From assembly GCA_028140145.1 (NCBI GenBank), contig JAOIOC010000002.1, positions 2,297 to 66,296 on the forward strand: a stretch of 64,000 nucleotides of DNA. The letters are read 5' to 3'. The DNA is from SAR86 cluster bacterium (lineage in GTDB: Bacteria > Pseudomonadota > Gammaproteobacteria > Magnimaribacterales > AG-339-G14). The translations under genes and the position numbers were made by a program. The notes beneath the pieces are model-generated. The model saw nothing but the letters and a program-made list of their open reading frames with translations. It was not told the DNA's origin and did no database searches. Shown in pieces: positions 21,001 through 30,081 of this stretch. Positions within the stretch are counted from its first letter, which is position 1; every line of letters starts with the position of its first letter.

Positions 21001-21481
21001 CAGGAGAGGTCCGGTAACATTTGCAACGTTAGATGACGGAACTGAAAAAATAGAGATTATTTTGGGTTCTGATGTAATGCAATCAATGCAGGTTGAATTA
21101 AATAACAAAGATATTTTTATTGTGGACGGCAAGGTTACTGTAGATAATTCTCGAGAAGTTTTGTACGGATTAGCAAAAAAAATTGAAGTCACTAATATCA
21201 ATACTTTAGAAAACTTAAGAATCAGGATGGTAGAAAAATTAAGAATATCTTTGATTGAATCAAAAAAGTCTAACATTGAAAGCTTCAAAAGATTACTTGA
21301 TGACCTTGATACAGAATCTTCAATTGGTTGTCCTGTTGAGCTGAAATATACTTCAAAAAAATCTGAAGCAGAAATAGAATTCGATGAGGATAGGAGAATT
21401 TTGTTGACTAACAATACCATGAAAGCTCTTTTAAATACTTATGGAAGAGATAATTTAGAACTTATGTATCATAGAAGATAA
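18044..21481 (+). CDS. dnaE: DNA polymerase III alpha subunit
   Basis: N-terminal PHP domain (HLNIHSQYSISDG), GPGRGSGAGSLVAY, FDFLGLKTLT and an OB-fold C-terminus. 1145 aa. Confidence 0.97.
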   Translation: MNKFSHLNIHSQYSISDGLVRLDELSSKAKDLNFESIAITDDSNLFGFVKFYKEMRDKGIKPICGVNFNSVKDISDNSESGKLTLYAKNFEGYRNLTKLVSKSHIEGRIRSIPHLKLEWLKDLNEGLILLSGDMEGHIADAILKNNFELAEARIDFFKKIFNEDFFIEISRLGREREEDYINIVSSMAAKAKIPLVATNQVRFMEEEEFEAHETRVCIQNGNVLSDPARKKNYLSTQYFKSTDEMFELFEDIPEALENSYLVSQKCNLVIELGKYILPDFETPNGETEDDYLKKISIEGLHKIFGDEVKEDYFLRLDFELSVIQKMGYSGYFLIVSDFVNWAKENDVPVGPGRGSGAGSLVAYAIGITGLDPIKYDLLFERFLNPDRISNPDFDIDFCKDGREKVIEYVTNKYGQDSVAQISTLGTMAARAVVRDVARAQGKSYSLADRLAKLIPFHPDMTLKTALQNKELKQAIKNDEDAEEIIEMSQKLEGLSRNVGKHAAGVVMAPSKITDFSALYLDEETGAVSTQYDMKDIELVGLQKFDFLGLKTLTIMKNALKLINQNRQTLKLEPINLDDLPLDDSKTYQLLQKGLTTAVFQLESRGIKEYIVKLKPNNFEDIITLIALYRPGPLEMNMVETYIERKHGREEFSYGDESVEKILDKTHGVIVYQEQVMQLAQEFSGFTLGEADILRRAMGKKIASEMEEQKEPFITGAIEKGKNKRFAEGLFDQIEKFAGYGFNRSHSAAYAFISYQTAWLKAHYPAEFMSAVLSSEMDDTDKIQMLLDDCKLLGLKVLPPDINSSFYEFRNIDNETLMYGLGAIKGVGKSAIESIIDNRTLKGNFKTLSDFSSRIDTEKVGKRALEPLIASGSMDSFQSSREEMFVNIESALKFARQVSEEKKSGIDDLFGDVELPNVIPITKAKAVEFDKSLGELNSLGFYFSCHPMDEYKWEIEQICPNRISSLNEDKNIQRCAGVITTKRTIQGRRGPVTFATLDDGTEKIEIILGSDVMQSMQVELNNKDIFIVDGKVTVDNSREVLYGLAKKIEVTNINTLENLRIRMVEKLRISLIESKKSNIESFKRLLDDLDTESSIGCPVELKYTSKKSEAEIEFDEDRRILLTNNTMKALLNTYGRDNLELMYHRR

Positions 21482-22431
21482 TGTCCTACTCTTTTTTAGA
21501 TTTTGAAAAACCAATCAGCCTTTTAGAAAAAAAGATTGAAGATCTGCGCTCGAGCCAAGAACAGCCGGATGTAATTCAAAGCCAAGTTGATTCTCTTAAT
21601 AAAGAAATTATAAAAATAACCAAGGAGCTATATTCAAATCTTTCCATATGGCAAAAAGTTCAAGTTGCAAGACATCCCCACAGACCGCATTTTAGCGATT
21701 ACATAGAAAAAATATTTCATAATTTTGATGAACATCATGGCGATAGAAACTTTGGTGATGATAGGGCAATAATTGGAGGGACCGCTACTTTCAAAGGAAA
21801 ACCTGTGATGCTTATAGGCCATGAAAAAGGTAAGGACACAAAAGATAAGATAGAAAGAAATTTTGGCATGTCGCAACCTGAAGGCTATAGAAAGGCAGCC
21901 AGGTTAATGAAGCTTGCAGAAGATTTTTCTATGCCGGTTATAACATTTATTGATACTCCTGGAGCTTATCCTGGCATAGAAAGTGAAGAAAGAGGCAATT
22001 CACAAGCCATAGCGTACAACTTAAGTGTTATGTCCAAACTTAAAACACCAATTATTGTAATTATTACCGGAGAGGGCGGTTCTGGCGGAGCTTTGGCAAT
22101 TGGAGTCGGAGATAATATATCAATGTTAGAGTACTCTATTTATTCTGTGGCTTCTCCAGAAGCTTGTGCGTCGATAGTTTGGAGAGATTCTTCAAAAGCA
22201 GAGGATGCCGCAAAAGCAATGAAATTAGACGCTTCCAATCTTCTAGAGTTAAGTTTGATAGATAAAATCATCGATGAGCCTTTAGGCGGTGCACACAGAG
22301 ATATTCAAAAAATGAGTTCCGTGCTTTCAGACCACATTTCTGAGCAGCTCGAAAAATGTTCGTCCCTTAATATTTCGGATCTTCTTAATGAAAGACATAA
22401 GAAAATTATGAGCTACGGAGCCATCGAGTAA
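21481..22431 (+). CDS. accA: Acetyl-CoA carboxylase carboxyltransferase alpha subunit
   Basis: FIDTPGAYPG and TGEGGSGGALA motifs. Follows dnaE, as in E. coli. Confidence 0.95.
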   Translation: MSYSFLDFEKPISLLEKKIEDLRSSQEQPDVIQSQVDSLNKEIIKITKELYSNLSIWQKVQVARHPHRPHFSDYIEKIFHNFDEHHGDRNFGDDRAIIGGTATFKGKPVMLIGHEKGKDTKDKIERNFGMSQPEGYRKAARLMKLAEDFSMPVITFIDTPGAYPGIESEERGNSQAIAYNLSVMSKLKTPIIVIITGEGGSGGALAIGVGDNISMLEYSIYSVASPEACASIVWRDSSKAEDAAKAMKLDASNLLELSLIDKIIDEPLGGAHRDIQKMSSVLSDHISEQLEKCSSLNISDLLNERHKKIMSYGAIE

Positions 22432-25061
<2,630 letters not shown>

Positions 25062-25109
25062 TTAAATAACCAATTTATAAATTATTATACTATTCATAAC
25101 GAATGATAA

Positions 25110-25379
25110 ATGAATAAAGAGACTTTAAACAAAATGGGCATCTCAACTTATGAATTGGTTGAAGATTTTATATTTGTAGATAACAAAGTAAAGGCAGTCG
25201 ACAAAAGTGATGAAAGCGAAGCCAATGATCAGTTTTTAAAATCATTGGATTATTACCTAAATAATTTCACTAAAGATAACGAAAGTGCATTAGATTTTCT
25301 AAATTCTAAATCATTGAAGTTATCTGAATTATTGGAAAATTCTCAAATGAGGAAACAAGCTTGGAAAAATGAAAATTAA
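25110..25379 (+). CDS. Hypothetical 89-aa protein; candidate minimal DNA polymerase III psi subunit (HolD-like)
   Basis: It overlaps the rimI start by 11 nt, and holD-rimI is a conserved gammaproteobacterial pair. The N-terminal LNKMGISTYEL resembles E. coli HolD LQQLGITQWSL, and the C-terminal RKQAWKNE resembles ARAALWQQI. The similarity was judged by eye only. Confidence 0.45.
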   Translation: MNKETLNKMGISTYELVEDFIFVDNKVKAVDKSDESEANDQFLKSLDYYLNNFTKDNESALDFLNSKSLKLSELLENSQMRKQAWKNEN

Positions 25380-25884
25380 TTTCAGACCTATGAATAAAAA
25401 TGATATCTATTACGTTCACGGCATAGAGTCGCTAACTAATGAAACTCCTTGGTCTGAAAATAATTTTTATGATGCCTTAAGGTTTAGCAAAGCTGATGTG
25501 GTTACTATTGACGGTAAAGTTAATGGGTATGTCATCTATCAGTATGTGATGGATGAAATCCATCTATTAAATATTTCTGTCGCTCCACAATTTATTGGAA
25601 AATCAATTGGTTATCAGTTGCTTAAAAGGGTTGTAGATCAATCAAAATATACTTTTAAAAAAAGAATTTTTTTAGAGGTTAGAGAATCAAACCAAAGAGC
25701 TATCAAGTTTTATCGTCGAAATGGTTTTCAGGAAGCAGGAGTAAGAAAGAATTATTACAAATTAAATTTTGGTAGAGAGGATGGATTAATTATGCAAAAA
25801 AATCTAAGCAAGCCTCTAATTATTCTCCTACTCGATAATGTCTTTAAGTTCTTCTTCAATCTCGCTAGGTTCCGTTTGAGGTGA
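25369..25884 (+). CDS. rimI: Ribosomal-protein-alanine N-acetyltransferase (GNAT)
   Basis: GNAT core (IHLLNISVAPQFIGKSIGYQLLKRV, FLEVRESNQRAIKFYRRNGF). Its 3' end runs 57 nt into the convergent peroxidase gene. Confidence 0.8.
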   Translation: MKINFRPMNKNDIYYVHGIESLTNETPWSENNFYDALRFSKADVVTIDGKVNGYVIYQYVMDEIHLLNISVAPQFIGKSIGYQLLKRVVDQSKYTFKKRIFLEVRESNQRAIKFYRRNGFQEAGVRKNYYKLNFGREDGLIMQKNLSKPLIILLLDNVFKFFFNLARFRLR

Positions 25885-26307
25885 ATACCTTTTTATAACG
25901 TTCCCATCTCTATCAACTAAAAACTTTGTAAAGTTCCACTTAATGGCTTCGGTTAAAATTCCAGTTTTTTCTGATTTTAAATATTCATAAAGCGGATGGG
26001 TATTTGACCCATTTACTTCAATTTTTTTCATTACAGGAAAATTAACATCGTACTTCGTTTTACAAAAAGTTTGAATTTCCTCATCGGTACCTGGTTCTTG
26101 ACCCATGAATTGGTTGCAAGGGAAACCAATAACTTGCAAATCTTTCTCATATGAATCCTGAATTTGTTTAAGGCCTATGTACTGTGGTGTAAGACCACAT
26201 TTACTAGCTACATTAACTATCAAAATATACTTTCCTTTGTATTCTTCTAAGTTTTTTTCTGCTTCTTTTGAATCCTGAAAATTTATTGAATAGATGTTTG
26301 GTTCCAC
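25828..26307 (-). CDS. Glutathione peroxidase family protein (Cys type)
   Basis: VNVASKCGLT, FPCNQF and WNFTKFLV signatures; 159 aa. Confidence 0.92.
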   Translation of the reverse strand: MEPNIYSINFQDSKEAEKNLEEYKGKYILIVNVASKCGLTPQYIGLKQIQDSYEKDLQVIGFPCNQFMGQEPGTDEEIQTFCKTKYDVNFPVMKKIEVNGSNTHPLYEYLKSEKTGILTEAIKWNFTKFLVDRDGNVIKRYSPQTEPSEIEEELKDIIE

Positions 26308-26353
26308 TTTTTCCCCCTATATACTAAGCAAATGTTTTTGGAGGGTAATTATT

Positions 26354-27391
26354 ATGGAATATAGAAAATTAGGCAATACAGACATCGATGTGAGTGTTAT
26401 TTGCTTAGGAACCATGACTTGGGGACAGCAAAATACTGAAGAAGAAGGTTTTGAGCAAATGGATTACGCCGTTGATCAAGGAGTAAACTTTTTTGATACT
26501 GCTGAGTTATATTCTATTCCACCAATGGAAGATACTCAGGGGAGCACTGAGACAATAATTGGTAATTGGTTTGAAAAAAGAGGTAACAGAGAAAAAATTA
26601 TCCTTGCAACTAAAGTTGCTGGAAGAAGTGGCATGAAATGGTTTCGAGGCGGTGAAACAAGACTTGATAGCGATAATATTACAAAGGCTATTGAAGAAAG
26701 CCTTAAAAGACTCAAAACTGATTACGTTGATCTTTATCAACTTCACTGGCCAGATAGACCAATAAACTTATTTGGTGGAGGCCTCTCTTATAAGCATTAC
26801 GATTTAGAATCAGTAGCCATAGAGGAGACATTAAAAGTTTTGGATGATTTAGTGAAAGAAGGAAAAATTAGGTACGTTGGCCTTTCCAACGAAACCCCAT
26901 GGGGCTTGTCCGAATTTATTAAGGCTGCAGAAATGCATGACTTACCTAAAGTTGTTAGCGTTCAAAATGCCTATAACTTGTTAAACAGAATCTATGAAAG
27001 TGGGATGTCCGAATTTCATCATAGATCTCAAGTTGGTTTGTTGGCTTACTCACCTCTTGCACAGGGATATCTAACCGGGAAATACCTTGACGGTGCTAGG
27101 CCTGCTGGAGCTAGGACTACGTTATTTGAACGAGGCCAAAGATACGAAACGGAACAGGCAGAGGAAATAATAAGGAAGTATGTAAATCTTGCTAAAGAAT
27201 ATTCAATGGATCCTGCCTTGATGGCTAATTCATTTGTTAATGATCAAGATTTTGTGACCTCAAATATTATTGGCGCCACAACTATGGAGCAGCTAAAGAT
27301 TGCTGTTGGCAGTATCGATACAAAGCTTGATGAAGAATGTCTGAAGAAAATTGAAGAAATTCATTACGGATGTCCAAACCCTTGTCCATGA
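26354..27391 (+). CDS. tas: NADP(H)-dependent aldo-keto reductase, Tas-like
   Basis: I chose the start at MEYRKLGNTDIDVS (ATG 26354, GGAGGG upstream). The protein is collinear with E. coli Tas (GTMTWGQQN, DLYQLHWPDRP, IRYVGLSNET, AGARTTLF). The listed ORF start at 26294 would overlap the divergent gpx. Confidence 0.88.
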   Translation: MEYRKLGNTDIDVSVICLGTMTWGQQNTEEEGFEQMDYAVDQGVNFFDTAELYSIPPMEDTQGSTETIIGNWFEKRGNREKIILATKVAGRSGMKWFRGGETRLDSDNITKAIEESLKRLKTDYVDLYQLHWPDRPINLFGGGLSYKHYDLESVAIEETLKVLDDLVKEGKIRYVGLSNETPWGLSEFIKAAEMHDLPKVVSVQNAYNLLNRIYESGMSEFHHRSQVGLLAYSPLAQGYLTGKYLDGARPAGARTTLFERGQRYETEQAEEIIRKYVNLAKEYSMDPALMANSFVNDQDFVTSNIIGATTMEQLKIAVGSIDTKLDEECLKKIEEIHYGCPNPCP

Positions 27392-27840
27392 ATGACATTA
27401 CTTGGGTAGAAGGAACATTCGAAGACTTAAGCGTTCATCAACTTTATGACGTAATGAATCTTCGCCAAGAAGTATTTTTAATAGAGCAAAATACTTCATA
27501 TCTAGATGCGGATAATGTTGATCGAGACTCGTTTCACTTGCTTGCCTACAAAGGATCAAACATTCAAGGCTACAGTCGTCTAATTCCGCCAGGAATAAAG
27601 TATAAAGACGCTTCTATAGGAAGAGTGGTTTTACACAAAAAATCTCGTGGCAGTGGGTTAAGTAAAAGTTTGATGGAGAAATCTATCCATAGATGCCAGG
27701 TTCTTTATCCCGAGACAGACATTAGAATTTCAGCACAACATCCCTTAGTAGATTTTTATCAAGGTTACGGCTTCAAAACAGTTGGAAAAATTTATGATGA
27801 GGATGGGATTCCTCATATAGAAATGGTCCTAGAAAAATAA
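27388..27840 (+). CDS. elaA: GNAT acetyltransferase, ElaA family
   Basis: ATGA overlap with tas. Collinear with E. coli ElaA (QLYDVMNLRQEVFLIEQN, IGRVV, DFYQGYGF, EDGIPHIEM). Confidence 0.85.
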   Translation: MNDITWVEGTFEDLSVHQLYDVMNLRQEVFLIEQNTSYLDADNVDRDSFHLLAYKGSNIQGYSRLIPPGIKYKDASIGRVVLHKKSRGSGLSKSLMEKSIHRCQVLYPETDIRISAQHPLVDFYQGYGFKTVGKIYDEDGIPHIEMVLEK

Positions 27841-28587
27841 TTGAATATTTCTTACCTCAATTTTGGATTCTTGCTTTCATTTATTCTGGGAATAGTTTTT
27901 CTAACTTTTGATTTTTTTGAAGATATTTCTCTTCCGTCCTCAAACTGGGCAATAAAAGTTGGTGACAAATCCGTTTCCATGGAAAGTTATTTAGCTCAGA
28001 TCAGCCAACTTGATTTCAATAATGACGGGGAAATAGACGCCAAACTTAAAGATTCAGTGATTGATCAACTCGTCATTGAGCAATTATTGATTATGAAGGC
28101 AATCGATGAGGATATTATCCAAAGCGATCCTCTATTGAAAAATAATCTCATCGATTACATGACAAACATCATTTCTAATCAGACCATCTTGAATATTGAG
28201 TATGAAGACGTAGAAGAATATTACAAAGAAAATTTAGATAAATTTTCTCAAAATAATTTGTATTTAATGAAATCTGATAGTGAATTTATTAATTTACCCA
28301 ATGATTATCTTACAAAGCAGAAGCTAAGAGATTATTTGGGAGCAGATGCAATTTTAAATATTGATATTCTTGAGATCGGCAGTGAAATTAAATTTATCCA
28401 AGATGATCAATCGTTTAGTGTTTTGCTTGTAGATAAGATAGAAGGGGAGCCCGCTTCATTGAACTCGATATTTGAGATAGTAAATCAAGAGGCAATAAGG
28501 AGCGAAAGAGAGAGGTCTTTTAGAGAGTATATAAATAAACTTAAAAAAAGTTATCCAGTTGAAATAAACCCTATCCTATACAAGTAA
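27841..28587 (+). CDS. Hypothetical membrane-anchored protein; SurA-N/PpiD-like chaperone fold suspected, no recognisable rotamase motif
   Basis: TTG start immediately after the elaA stop. One N-terminal TM helix (FGFLLSFILGIVFLTF). The body and C-terminus (...REYINKLKKSYPVEIN) resemble SurA_N/PrsA-type proteins by eye only. Confidence 0.4.
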   Translation: MNISYLNFGFLLSFILGIVFLTFDFFEDISLPSSNWAIKVGDKSVSMESYLAQISQLDFNNDGEIDAKLKDSVIDQLVIEQLLIMKAIDEDIIQSDPLLKNNLIDYMTNIISNQTILNIEYEDVEEYYKENLDKFSQNNLYLMKSDSEFINLPNDYLTKQKLRDYLGADAILNIDILEIGSEIKFIQDDQSFSVLLVDKIEGEPASLNSIFEIVNQEAIRSERERSFREYINKLKKSYPVEINPILYK

Positions 28588-29690
28588 TGAGACTTCTGTC
28601 TTTGTATCTTTTACTGACAGCCTCTTTCTTGAGCTCACATGAGCTTCAAAAATTTAACCTGTCCTTAGACTTTCTTGAAACAGATGAATCCAAGGAAATT
28701 GAGATGAATATCAAAGTACCTCGAAACTTATACAGACCATCTTTGGAAGAGAACCTTAACAATGGATTAAATTTTGATGCCTGTAACGAAAAAGATTTTG
28801 ATCTAGTTAATTCAACTGCGAGATACTTAACTTTCAAGAAAAAAATTACTTGTAACAATTTTCCTAGATCACTTGAGGCTAGAAACTTCTTTTCTTTTTA
28901 TCCAGATCAAACTATTTTGGTGAATATAAAAAAAGAGACCATCCTTCAAAATCAAACATTTTTAAATAATTCTAAAAGTAAAATTGATTTCAAAGAAGCC
29001 GATCAGAACTTTAGTTTTTTTTCATTAGGATTAAACCATTTTCTAGGAGGCTACGATCATATTGCGTTTGTATCTCTTTTAGCCTTACTGATAATTGGAA
29101 TAAAACAATTAATTTATCTGCTCTCTGGCTTTACCTTAGGCCATGCTATCAGCATTACGTTCTCATCCTTAGGCTTTATTTCTATAAAAATTTCAATAAT
29201 TGAAATCCTTATCGGTTACTCAATATTTTTATTGGCTCTGGAGTACCTAGCAATTAGACAAGTTAATAAAAATAGAATTATGAAGATAAATTCTATGTTT
29301 TGGATATCACTGGTCTGCGTTTCACTTGTCTTCTTTCCAGAAATAACTGTTTTATCCGTAGGCATGGCTTTGATTGGAATTTCTTATCCTTATTTAATTA
29401 CAAGAAATTCACTTATCAGAATTGTTGCGACGGTATTTTTTGGACTTTTGCATGGTTTTGGATTTGCTTCAAACTTATCTAATTTTGATTCTCAATCATT
29501 AGTCTCATCTATTATTCTCTTCAACTTGGGAATAGAAGCAGCTCAAATTTTATATGCTATTTTTCTTCTTTTGGCCCTTAACCTTATTGCAAAAACAAGG
29601 CTTATAAGCAGACTATTTTTAAAAGATTTTATCTCTTTGATTGTTTTTTTCTTCTCTACCTTATGGTTTGTAGGAAGGTTGCTATTCTAG
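28587..29690 (+). CDS. HupE/UreJ_2-family membrane protein with ~150-aa N-terminal periplasmic domain
   Basis: Signal peptide, then GLNHFLGGYDHIAFV, GFTLGHA, GLLHGFGFA and NLGIEAAQ in successive TM helices. TAATG overlap with the upstream ORF. Confidence 0.6.
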   Translation: MRLLSLYLLLTASFLSSHELQKFNLSLDFLETDESKEIEMNIKVPRNLYRPSLEENLNNGLNFDACNEKDFDLVNSTARYLTFKKKITCNNFPRSLEARNFFSFYPDQTILVNIKKETILQNQTFLNNSKSKIDFKEADQNFSFFSLGLNHFLGGYDHIAFVSLLALLIIGIKQLIYLLSGFTLGHAISITFSSLGFISIKISIIEILIGYSIFLLALEYLAIRQVNKNRIMKINSMFWISLVCVSLVFFPEITVLSVGMALIGISYPYLITRNSLIRIVATVFFGLLHGFGFASNLSNFDSQSLVSSIILFNLGIEAAQILYAIFLLLALNLIAKTRLISRLFLKDFISLIVFFFSTLWFVGRLLF

Positions 29691-30064
29691 ATAATTTTGA
29701 CTTGTTCTGCCTGGGGTCCTCTTGCACCATTGGTAACGGTAAAGCTTACTCTCGTGCTTTCTTTTAATAATTTTCTATCACTTTCATTTACCGAAGCAAA
29801 ATGAACAAAAAGATCACCGCCTTTATCTCTCTCAACAAAACCGTAACCTTTGCTAGGATCAAACCATTTGATTGCTCCTTTTTCTCTTTTCAACCTTCTA
29901 GTTATTTGCCTTCCAAAGACTATCGCCATGCTGGAGATAAAAGTTGACATCAACAGAACCAAAAACATAGGTCCAAATGACAAAAAAAATTGGGGGAAGT
30001 TAAATACTAGAAAAGTAGCTAGGAGAGAAATGATTGCTGAAGTAGTGAGTCCGCGTAACCACAT
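29687..30064 (-). CDS. Cold-shock-domain protein with two N-terminal transmembrane helices
   Basis: Residues ~62-125, KGAIKWFDPSKGYGFVERDKGGDLFVHFASV, carry the RNP1/RNP2 CSD motifs. Residues ~5-50 form two hydrophobic helices. The gene starts 17 nt downstream of the valS stop. Confidence 0.75.
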   Translation of the reverse strand: MWLRGLTTSAIISLLATFLVFNFPQFFLSFGPMFLVLLMSTFISSMAIVFGRQITRRLKREKGAIKWFDPSKGYGFVERDKGGDLFVHFASVNESDRKLLKESTRVSFTVTNGARGPQAEQVKII

Positions 30065-30081
30065 CCAATTATATTAAAGGA

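Noticed and set aside
20995-21420. 141-aa ORF antisense to the 3' end of dnaE.
   Set aside because: It is inside dnaE and has a Ser/Ile/Leu-rich low-complexity translation. It is most likely a chance open frame in AT-rich sequence.
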